This document shows positions 56,382-64,000 of a stretch of 64,000 nucleotides of DNA, piece by piece (the stretch's first letter is position 1; every line of letters begins with the position of its first letter). The notes beneath the pieces were generated by a model that was not told the origin of the DNA, searched no databases, and saw nothing but the letters and a program-made list of their open reading frames with translations. The position numbers and the translations under genes are program-made. The stretch spans positions 1,824,001-1,888,000 of the forward strand of contig OZ244070.1 of assembly GCA_965215605.1 (NCBI GenBank). The letters are read 5' to 3'. Source of the stretch: an uncultured Candidatus Binatia bacterium (GTDB taxonomy: Bacteria > Desulfobacterota > Binatia > UBA9968 > JAJDTQ01).

Positions 56382-56845
56382 TGGATCATTGGCTCATTGG
56401 GCAATTCAATTAGGACGAGCCCTTTCTTGCGGCCGCTGAAACGCTCAATCTGGAAAAAGTCAATGAAAGTCGTGCCGGCTCGGTCCGCCGGCCAACCTGA
56501 GGGGAAGAACTCCCCTTTGTACTTATTTTTTTGGGCGGCGCGGTTATTCTCGAAGTTGAGGAAGACGGGATCGAGGAGCGTTGGATCGACCCCGCTTGGG
56601 TCCCAGCAGACATCGTAGTCGCGGGGGTTGGGTTTCGCGGTCACAAAACTGCCGTCCAAGTATAGGCGCTGGCAGCCCGCTTGCTTGAGGTTCCGAGAGG
56701 CGTCGAGAAGGCCGTGGAAAAGCGTCCTGCGCCACGGGTTGATGGCAAGGCTGGAAGCCACTTCCCTGAAGTCCGCGCTGTGCAAACCCTCGGGTAACAC
56801 AGACCAAGGCGCACCTGGGATGCAAATCAATGTCGGTAACACCAC
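56378..56845 (-). CDS. minimal nucleotidyltransferase-like protein (DUF6932-like)
   Basis: LP.G.H, LDGSFVT.K..P.D.D (GS...DxD pol-beta motif), KG tail. Confidence 0.75.
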   Translation of the reverse strand: MVLPTLICIPGAPWSVLPEGLHSADFREVASSLAINPWRRTLFHGLLDASRNLKQAGCQRLYLDGSFVTAKPNPRDYDVCWDPSGVDPTLLDPVFLNFENNRAAQKNKYKGEFFPSGWPADRAGTTFIDFFQIERFSGRKKGLVLIELPNEPMIQ

Positions 56846-56846
56846 C

Positions 56847-56879
56847 TACAACTATAATGTTGTAATGAGTGGATGTCAA
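56847..56879 (-). promoter_or_regulatory. near-consensus sigma70 promoter with operator palindrome
   Basis: TTGACA-17-TATAGT, then 5 nt to the GTG at 56845; perfect TACAAC-N6-GTTGTA (56847-56864) over the -10 box. Confidence 0.75.
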
Positions 56880-56924
56880 CGGGTATTTCCTTGGCGCGCG
56901 TGCACCGGCAACGATGGAACCTTG

Positions 56925-57223
56925 CCGCAGATCGAGATGCGGTTCTGCGCCATCAATTTCTTCTGATGAAGTCATGGCTGGTCATGCGCTGGTCCTGTAG
57001 AGGTCGCCCAGGAACGTAGTGGAGCCACTCAGAGCGCACCCTTACGAAGGTCGTCCTAAGCTTCGGGAATCGTTCGGCGATGCGATCCTTGCCGCAGCGC
57101 CCTCAACGCCAACGCAGGCGTATCCGCCTACTTCCAGCATTCCCCCATCCAGCGGTTGTAGCTCCGGCATGGCGCGAGTTCGTTGTCGGGCCTAGTGTCG
57201 GCGGGCTGATGAAAAATCGCGGC
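56925..57223 (-). pseudogene. degraded third copy of the tandem amidohydrolase
   Basis: 57131-57182 matches 60600-60651 at 47/52 nt. Fragments ELAPCRSYNRWMGECWK*, RLRW, DRIAERFPKL, WLHY, DLYR and LMAQNRI occur with frameshifts. Confidence 0.8.
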
Positions 57224-57459
57224 GCGTGTTACGGTGATGCGGCGTGTACAGTCAAGATGACCACCGGCGCGTTCGACGGGCAAGTACGCGAGTGCCACAA
57301 CAGCTTGGACTTTGAGCTTCGGCCGCAAGATAAGATCGAGGCCGTTGAGTAGCAGCACAGGTCCAGTTTCCATAACGCTGCAGCCGAGGCCTTCTTTGTC
57401 GTGCTAGGGAGAGATCGCATGGCTGGTGTTCAGCCCCCTTGGAGCCGAGGCAAGGGGAA

Positions 57460-58782
57460 ATGGCGGGTGTCGTAGACCTTGGTAGTGACGACATGCACCG
57501 GGAATCGGCCGTCACTTGGCGCCGGCTATTCGCCGTGTTCTGGCGCATCGGCATCCTGTCCTTCGGCGGCCCGGCGGCACAGATCGCGCTCATGCACCGG
57601 GTCCTGGTGGAAGAGGAAGGGTGGCTCGACGAGCCCAGGTTCCTGGGCGCGCTCAGCTTCTGCATGCTTCTCCCCGGCCCCGAGGCCATGCAACTCGCCA
57701 CCTACTCAGGGTGGCAGCTTCGCGGCGTGCCCGGCGGGTTGGTCGCAGGCCTCCTGTTCGTGGTTCCGGGCGCCCTGGTGGTGCTCGGGCTGGCGATGCT
57801 CTATGCGGTCGGGGGCGATCTGCTGCTGGTGGCCGCGCTGTTCCTGGGGATCAAGGGCGCGGTCGTGGTCATCGTGATCGAGGCCCTGCTGAGGGTGGCG
57901 AACCGAGCGCTGCACTCCGCCGTGCACTGGATCGTCGCGGGCCTGGCCTTCGTGGGAATCTTCTTTCTGTCGGTCCCGTTCCCGGTCATTATCCTGGTAG
58001 CCGCCCTGACCGGATTTCTCTTGCTGGGCGGCCAGAGCGCCGCCGAGACCGGGGCCGGGCGAGGCGGCGGGTCTGTCTCCGGCACGGCGCGGACGGTCGC
58101 GTTGTGGATGGTTGTGTGGTGGGCTCCGGTGCTGCTGCTGGTGGCCGTGGGCGGCTACGACATCCTGGTGCAACTCGGCAACTTCTTCTCCCGCCTCGCG
58201 GTGGTCACCTTCGGCGGCGCCTACGCGGTGCTGGCCTACCTGGCACAGGACGTGGTGACCCATCACGGCTGGTTGACGGCCGGTGAAATGATGGACGGCC
58301 TGGGGCTGGCGGAAACCACCCCGGGGCCGCTGATCTTGGTGACGGAGTTCGTCGGTTACATCGCGGCATACCGGGCCAGCGGGCTGAGCATGGGCATTGC
58401 CGGTGCGTTGGTCACGCTCTGGGTCACGTTCGCACCCTGCTTCCTGTGGATATTCGTCGGCGCCCCCTACATCGAGCGACTCACGGCCCAGCCCCGGCTC
58501 AAGGGCGCCCTGGAGGCCATCACGGCGGCCGTGGTGGGCGTCATCCTGAACCTCTCTATCTGGTTCAGCCTGCACGTCCTGTTCGCCGAGCTGTCGTCGC
58601 ACCAGAGCGGCCCGGTCAAGCTCCTGGTGCCGGACTGGTATTCCCTGGACTGGCGGGTTGTGGCGGTCGGCGCCGTCAGCGCGATCATGCTCCTCTGGCG
58701 ACACCAGTCCCTCATGAGAACCCTGGCCGTCGCGGCGCTGATGGGCCTCGGGTTCGGTGCGCTGGGTTACCTTGCCGGATGA
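57460..58782 (+). CDS. chrA: chromate efflux transporter (long-chain CHR)
   Basis: SFGGPAAQIA, LPGPEA.QLA, TFGGAYAVL, AETTPGPLI. Confidence 0.92.
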   Translation: MAGVVDLGSDDMHRESAVTWRRLFAVFWRIGILSFGGPAAQIALMHRVLVEEEGWLDEPRFLGALSFCMLLPGPEAMQLATYSGWQLRGVPGGLVAGLLFVVPGALVVLGLAMLYAVGGDLLLVAALFLGIKGAVVVIVIEALLRVANRALHSAVHWIVAGLAFVGIFFLSVPFPVIILVAALTGFLLLGGQSAAETGAGRGGGSVSGTARTVALWMVVWWAPVLLLVAVGGYDILVQLGNFFSRLAVVTFGGAYAVLAYLAQDVVTHHGWLTAGEMMDGLGLAETTPGPLILVTEFVGYIAAYRASGLSMGIAGALVTLWVTFAPCFLWIFVGAPYIERLTAQPRLKGALEAITAAVVGVILNLSIWFSLHVLFAELSSHQSGPVKLLVPDWYSLDWRVVAVGAVSAIMLLWRHQSLMRTLAVAALMGLGFGALGYLAG

Positions 58783-58877
58783 CGGAGAAGTGCTGTGCAG
58801 AAAATATATGCCTAACGCGGAATAACAAACCGCTGGGTTAACCCGCGCCAGGATCGGAGAACTCTTCTCGTCAACCC

Positions 58878-59909
58878 TCAAAGGTTGTACAGCGCCCGCG
58901 CGTTCCCGCCGGTGATCTTGGCCGCCACCTCGGGGCTCAGGCGCGGGTCGTTGGCGACGCCGTCTATGGCCAGCAGTTCGGTGGCGCTGTCCGCGTGGCC
59001 GTAGTCGGTGCCCACCACCAGGTGGTCCTCGCCGGCGTTGTCGATGATGTAGGGTAGGTCGTCGGTGGTCTCGCACCCGACCCAGATCCGGTTCTTTGCC
59101 AGCAGCTCGTTCCGTTTGAACCCCTGCTCCTTTACGTACGGGCGTTTGTACAGGTCGGTCAGCGCGTAGGGCAGCCACTGCGCGCTGACCTCCAGGAACC
59201 CCATCTTGAGCTGTGGGAATCGCTGAGGGATTCCGCCCGCGACGATGGTGTGGAACGCCCCCACCACCACCAGCTTGAACTTCGAAAAGGCCACGGGCTC
59301 ATACTTGTAGTAGTCGAACAGCACGGAGCTGCCGTTGGAGGCGTGGATGCACACCGGGATGTCCAGCCGGCCGGCGGCGTCGTACACCGGATAGAAGAAG
59401 GGATCGTTCAGCAGCCGTTCGCCCTCGGAGCCGCGCATGTAGATGCCCACCGCGCCGTTCTCCTTGGCCAGCCGGGCTTCCTCATGCACCTGGTCCGGGC
59501 TGAGGAGCGGCACCATCGCCACCCAGCGCAGGCGGTTGTCGGACTGTTTCCAGCACTCGCCCATCCAGCGGTTGTAGCTGCGGCACAACGCCAGCTCGAT
59601 CTCGGGCCGGGGCGTCAGCGGGATGATGAAGATGGTGGGGAAGATGACCTGGATGTCCACGTTGAGCTCGTCCATGTGCTTGAGCCGCGCGGCCACGTCA
59701 CGCAGTTCGCGGGACTCCAGCGGCGTGTCCTTGCCCACGTTCCGGGTCTTGAGCCGCAGGGTTCCGTCCACCAGCCAGTACTCGTCCCCGGAGCCCGAGC
59801 CGTTGGTGGAGCCGACGACCTCGGGCCGGTACTTGCGGTCCGCGCCGTCCATGAACTCCCAGGTTTCCTCGGTTTCGAGAACGTGTGCGTCAGCGTCGAT
59901 TCTGAGCAT
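58878..59909 (-). CDS. amidohydrolase_2 family protein (tandem copy A)
   Basis: IDADAH, FPT, YNRW, CIH, FLE, GTDYGH. Confidence 0.88.
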   Translation of the reverse strand: MLRIDADAHVLETEETWEFMDGADRKYRPEVVGSTNGSGSGDEYWLVDGTLRLKTRNVGKDTPLESRELRDVAARLKHMDELNVDIQVIFPTIFIIPLTPRPEIELALCRSYNRWMGECWKQSDNRLRWVAMVPLLSPDQVHEEARLAKENGAVGIYMRGSEGERLLNDPFFYPVYDAAGRLDIPVCIHASNGSSVLFDYYKYEPVAFSKFKLVVVGAFHTIVAGGIPQRFPQLKMGFLEVSAQWLPYALTDLYKRPYVKEQGFKRNELLAKNRIWVGCETTDDLPYIIDNAGEDHLVVGTDYGHADSATELLAIDGVANDPRLSPEVAAKITGGNARALYNL

Positions 59910-59930
59910 TTCGTTTCCTCCAGTCCGATC

Positions 59931-60962
59931 TCAAAGGTTGTACAGCGCCTGCGCGTTTCCCCCGGTGATCTTGGCGGCCGCCTCCGGCGTCAGCCGCGGG
60001 TCGTTGGCGACCCCGTCCAGGGCCAGCAGCTCGGTGGCGCTGTCGGCGTGGCCGTAGTCGGTGCCCACCACCAGGTGGTCCTCGCCGGCGGTGTCGATGA
60101 CGTAGGGCAGGTCGTCGTTGGTCTCGCAGCCGACCCAGATGCGGTTCTGTGACAGCAGCTCCTTCTTGCTGAACTCCTTGCCGGTCATGTGGTGGCGCTT
60201 GTACAGGTCGCTCAGCGCGTAGGGCAGCCACTGGGAGCCCACCTCCAGAAACGCCATCTTGAGCTTCGGGAACCGCTCGGGGATCTTGTCCATGATGATG
60301 GTATGGAAGGCGCCCACCACTACCAGCTTGAATTTCGAGAAGCCCACGGTCTCGTACTTGTAGTAATCGTACAGCACGGGGCTGCCGTTGGAGGAGTGGA
60401 TGCACACCGGGATGTCGAGTTTCTCGGCGGCGTCGTAGACCGGGTAGAAGTGGGGATCGCTCAGCAGCCGCTCTCCCTCGGAGCCGCGCATGTAGATGCC
60501 CACCGCGCCGTTCTCCCTGGCCTGCCGGGCCTCCTCGTACACTTGCTCCGTCTTCAGCAGCGGCACCACCGCCACCCAGCGCAGGCGGTTGTCGGACTGC
60601 TTCCAGCATTCGCCCATCCAGCGGTTGTAGCTGCGGCACAGCGCCAGTTCGATCTCGGGCCGGGGCGTCAGCGGGATGATGAATATGGTGGGGAAGATGA
60701 CCTGGATGTCCACCTTGAGCTCGTCCATGTGCCTGAGCCGGACCGCTACGTCGCGCAGTTCGCGGGATTCCAGCGGCGTGTCCTTGCCTACGTTGCGGGA
60801 CTTGAGTCGCAGGGTACCGTCTACCAGCCAGTACTCGTCGACTTCGCCAGAGCCGTTCAGGGAGCCGACGACGTCGGGCCGGTACTTCCGGTCGGCGCGG
60901 TCCATGAACTCCCAAGTCTCCTCGGTTTCGAGGACGTGAGCGTCTGCGTCGATTCTGAGCAT
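59931..60962 (-). CDS. amidohydrolase_2 family protein (tandem copy B)
   Basis: Same motifs and length (343 aa); about 54 substitutions versus copy A by manual count. Confidence 0.88.
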   Translation of the reverse strand: MLRIDADAHVLETEETWEFMDRADRKYRPDVVGSLNGSGEVDEYWLVDGTLRLKSRNVGKDTPLESRELRDVAVRLRHMDELKVDIQVIFPTIFIIPLTPRPEIELALCRSYNRWMGECWKQSDNRLRWVAVVPLLKTEQVYEEARQARENGAVGIYMRGSEGERLLSDPHFYPVYDAAEKLDIPVCIHSSNGSPVLYDYYKYETVGFSKFKLVVVGAFHTIIMDKIPERFPKLKMAFLEVGSQWLPYALSDLYKRHHMTGKEFSKKELLSQNRIWVGCETNDDLPYVIDTAGEDHLVVGTDYGHADSATELLALDGVANDPRLTPEAAAKITGGNAQALYNL

Positions 60963-61078
60963 TTTCGTTCCCTGTTCGGTGCCTTCGGTTGGACGGGCCG
61001 CGGGCGTGTTTTCAATCTACCCGACTTGCGTTCACAAGCCCTGCATTCGTGTCCCTGTATCCGAACTCCGTGTGGGAA

Positions 61079-61894
61079 TCAACGGCCCTTCCACACCGGC
61101 GGCCGCTTCTCTACGAAGGCCCGCGGCCCTTCCTTGCTGTCGTCGGTGGTGAGCACGAGGGTGGCGAGATCGGACTCCAGGCGCAGCGCCTGCTCGAGCG
61201 GCAGGCCCTGGCCCTTGTGGACGGACTCCTTGATGTACCGCAGGGCCAGGGGAGCGCCCTTGGCGAAGGATGCCGCCATCTCCTCGCCGGCGCGCGTCAG
61301 CTCATCCACCGGCACCAGCTTGTTGACGAGTCCGATGCGGTAGGCTTCCTGAGCGTCCACGAGCGACCCGGAAAGACACATCTCCATAGCCTTGGCCGAG
61401 CCCACGAGGCGGGCGAGCCGTTGCGTCCCGCCCGATGCCGGCATGAAGCCGAGCCGGACCTCGGTCACGCCCATGCGGGCGTTCTCCGCGGCGATGCGGA
61501 TGTCGCAGGCCATGGCGATCAACAAGCCGGCCCCGACAGCGTAGCCGTGCAACAGCGCGATGGTAGGCTTCTGCACCAGGGCCACGGCGTCGATGGGTGA
61601 ATGGACGCCCGGAGCCTGCTTCGCCTGCCGGGCCTCCAGCGGAGAGGCCGATGCCGCCGCCGGTTCGGTGTTGCGGCTGGCCCGTTCCTTGATGTCGCCG
61701 CCCACCGTAAAGCCCTTCTCGCCGGCGCCCCGGAAGAGCACCACCTGGACGTCCCGGTCCGCTTCCGCCCGGGCGCAGTACTCGATAATGAGCTGCCGCA
61801 TCTCCTCGTTGATGGCGTTCAGCGCCTCCGGGCGGTTCAGGGTGATCCAGGCGGTCTGCTCCTTGACTTCGTAGAGAACCTTGTCGTCAGCCAT
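61079..61894 (-). CDS. enoyl-CoA hydratase/isomerase family protein
   Basis: ITLNRPE.LNA, F..GGDI, KP.IA...G.A.G.G, EV.LG..P..GGTQRL, AF.EKR.P. Confidence 0.92.
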   Translation of the reverse strand: MADDKVLYEVKEQTAWITLNRPEALNAINEEMRQLIIEYCARAEADRDVQVVLFRGAGEKGFTVGGDIKERASRNTEPAAASASPLEARQAKQAPGVHSPIDAVALVQKPTIALLHGYAVGAGLLIAMACDIRIAAENARMGVTEVRLGFMPASGGTQRLARLVGSAKAMEMCLSGSLVDAQEAYRIGLVNKLVPVDELTRAGEEMAASFAKGAPLALRYIKESVHKGQGLPLEQALRLESDLATLVLTTDDSKEGPRAFVEKRPPVWKGR

Positions 61895-61947
61895 TCGATG
61901 TTGTCTCCTGTGTGTCGAATAGTGGAGGAGTCGCCAATCACAGTGGT

Positions 61948-62955
61948 TCAGCTCGCACCGCCGTCAAGCCGGTAGACCCGGGCCGCGGTGTCATGGAACA
62001 GGGCCGCACGTTCCGGTTCGGAACAGCTCCGGCCGATAATCTTGAACGCATTCCACACCGACTCGTAGGAGTAGGACACCCGGTCCACCGGGAAGTTGCT
62101 TTCGAACATGCAGCGGTCGGCGCCGAACTTCTCGATGCAGAATTCGAAGTAGGGCCGCATGGCCTCGGCCAGCTCGGCGGAGTCGGGCCTGGGCTCGCGC
62201 TTGTGCCAATCGTAGCCGGAGCGCAGGGATCCTACGCCGCCCAGCTTGAGCACCACGTTGGGGCACGAAGACAGCGCCGTGATGGCGGCGCTCCACGCCT
62301 GAAAAACCTCGTTGCGCCGCCCTTCGTACGGGCCGAGCCCCAGGGGTCCGCCGATGTGGTCGAGGATGATGGGCACCGCCGGGAAGTCCCGGGCCAGCTC
62401 CACCAGCTCGGGAATCTGCGGGTGATAGAGCCATGCGTCGAAGCTCAGGCCGAGGGGCTGGAGGCGCGCGAAGCCCTTCCGGACCGTTGCGTCCCGGAGC
62501 AGGCCGGACCGCGGCACGCTCCGGAACGAGTCCGAGGCGTCCCACATGGTGGAGTAGCGTATGCCGCGCAAGCGCGTGGGGCTGGCCTCCAGGTGCGCTT
62601 CCAGGACGGCGGCCACGGCGTCGCCAAGGGTCAGGTCGGCGTAGGCTACAATAGCGGCCGCCACGGTTGCGGGCGTACCCGCGGACGAGCTCTCGGATGC
62701 GATGCCCTCCAGGAACTCCGTTTCCCCCACCGGCCGCAACTCCGCCGGCCCGTCTTCGCGGTACATCGCCCCGCACTCCACCGCCACACTGGAGACGATG
62801 CGATGGCCTGTCGAGGCGTCGCGCAGGAAATCGTCGAGCAGGTAGGGGTTGTCGGGGCGTCGCCACAGGTGGTGGTGCGGGTCGCAGATGGGGAGGTTGG
62901 GTTCCAGCGGCGCCTCGTTCGGGTTGCTCGCACTGCGCGGCCGGGTTTGGTACAA
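61948..62955 (-). CDS. amidohydrolase family protein (lactonase/LigI-like); start uncertain
   Basis: PICDPHHHLW, RGIR, LSFDAW, ILDH.G.P, KLGG, RCMFESNFPVD. The upstream ~310 codons of the track ORF are antisense shadow. Confidence 0.82.
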   Translation of the reverse strand: MYQTRPRSASNPNEAPLEPNLPICDPHHHLWRRPDNPYLLDDFLRDASTGHRIVSSVAVECGAMYREDGPAELRPVGETEFLEGIASESSSAGTPATVAAAIVAYADLTLGDAVAAVLEAHLEASPTRLRGIRYSTMWDASDSFRSVPRSGLLRDATVRKGFARLQPLGLSFDAWLYHPQIPELVELARDFPAVPIILDHIGGPLGLGPYEGRRNEVFQAWSAAITALSSCPNVVLKLGGVGSLRSGYDWHKREPRPDSAELAEAMRPYFEFCIEKFGADRCMFESNFPVDRVSYSYESVWNAFKIIGRSCSEPERAALFHDTAARVYRLDGGAS

Positions 62956-62991
62956 GGGGATTGCCTTCAACGGATGACACCAGGAGGTCGC

Positions 62992-64000
62992 GTGGATTTC
63001 GAGCTGGCCCATTACCCTGTCCGGTCCCTTTCCTGGGGTGCCCACACCGAATATCGGGAAGGCGAACTCATTGTCAACCGCGAGGCGCTGCGCGCCGAAC
63101 TGCTGGCGGAACCGCTCATTGATGACGTCGAGTTGAGCATCGTCCGGCCCGGGGACCGTACCCGGGTCCTCCACGTGGTGGACATCGTCGAGCCGCGCTG
63201 GAAGGACCCGGAACGCGGCGGCGCGTTCCCCGGCAGCCTCGGACCGCTGTACCAGTGCGGCCTCGGCCGCACCCACGCGCTGGACGGCGTGGCGGTGGTG
63301 ACGTCCGGCTCGCTCCCCCGGTCCGAGGAGGCCATCATTGACATGTGCGGCCCCGGCAGCGAGCTTAGCCGGTTCGGCCAAATGCCCGGTCTGGTGGTGC
63401 TGCCCAAGGCGCGGGAGGGGTCCGACCCAGGCGAGTTTGGCTTGGCGCTCATGCGCGCGGGGCTTCGCACTGCGGTGTTCCTGGCCCATACTACCCAAGG
63501 CGTCGAACCGGCCCGCACCGAAGCCTTTTCCCTGGACCTGGGACGTAACGCGTCGACGGACCTGCCGCGCGTGGGGTACCTCAGCTTCTCGTACTCCCAC
63601 GGCATCGGTCGCCAGAAGCTTTTCTACGGCAAGAGCACCAAGGACATCGTGCCGAGCGTGGTGCATCCCAACGAGCTTCTGGACGGGGCGCTGGTGAACG
63701 ACGGCTATACCAAGCCCACCAAGAACGCCACCCACGACATCCTGAACCACCCGATGATCCGGGAGCTCCACCGCCGCCACAACCAGGACCTCGTGTTCGC
63801 GGGCATGGTCATCGCCAACCACTACGCCACATACGAAGAAAAGGCCGCCGGGGCCTGGCACGCGGCGCGCCTGCTCAGACACGTGGTGGCGGCCGAGGCG
63901 GTGGTCATCACCAAGGACGGCGGCGGCCAGGCGGACGTGGACCTGATGCTGGCCTGCCGGGCCTGCGAGGAAGTGGGCCTGCGCACGGTGCTGGTGGCCA
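62992..64000 (+). CDS. glycine/sarcosine/betaine reductase component B (GrdE-like) protein, partial
   Basis: My translation from GTG 62992 (AGGAGG RBS): MDFELAHYPV...PGDRTRV..V.D.VEPR.K...FPG...GRTH.L.G.AV...IIDM.GPG...HPNELLDGA...NHP.I.EL...ITKDGGG..D.D.M. Missing from the track because it has no stop in the window. Confidence 0.8.
   Translation, partial: MDFELAHYPVRSLSWGAHTEYREGELIVNREALRAELLAEPLIDDVELSIVRPGDRTRVLHVVDIVEPRWKDPERGGAFPGSLGPLYQCGLGRTHALDGVAVVTSGSLPRSEEAIIDMCGPGSELSRFGQMPGLVVLPKAREGSDPGEFGLALMRAGLRTAVFLAHTTQGVEPARTEAFSLDLGRNASTDLPRVGYLSFSYSHGIGRQKLFYGKSTKDIVPSVVHPNELLDGALVNDGYTKPTKNATHDILNHPMIRELHRRHNQDLVFAGMVIANHYATYEEKAAGAWHAARLLRHVVAAEAVVITKDGGGQADVDLMLACRACEEVGLRTVLVA

Noticed and set aside
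62956-63882. 644-aa ORF suggesting a large N-terminal fusion on the amidohydrolase
   Set aside because: The extension is the antisense of the GrdE-like gene on the plus strand.

Overview
High-GC bacterial chromosome segment. The backbone is catabolic: six intact amidohydrolase-superfamily genes, SDRs, hydantoinase A/B, a molybdo-hydroxylase large subunit, an amidase, a LigB-like dioxygenase and transporters. This gene content resembles uncultured marine or sponge-associated deltaproteobacteria-like genomes, which is an inference only. Many small accessory cassettes are interspersed: Xre/RES, a zeta-like pair, RloAB/AbiL-like, AAA-DUF4143, three toxin remnants and an IS3 element with a duplicated end. 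There are two lower-GC islands. The strongest candidate for an undescribed system is the first island (about 36.6-45.0 kb, minus strand): cysteine desulfurase (DndA-like), DndC, DUF262/HNH (SspE/GmrSD-like), minimal SNF2 ATPase, ParB, ParB-HTH-only protein and beta-CASP-like MBL nuclease. It has DNA-phosphorothioation chemistry but no dndB/D/E or sspB/C, and it carries an unfamiliar accessory module. The second island (53.4-56.9 kb) encodes a nucleotidyltransferase-like protein, an HTH-ImmA/IrrE protein and a beta-family protein, converging on an sce7726-family gene. No tRNA, rRNA or CRISPR array was recognised. All family calls come from motif recognition by eye, with no database searches.
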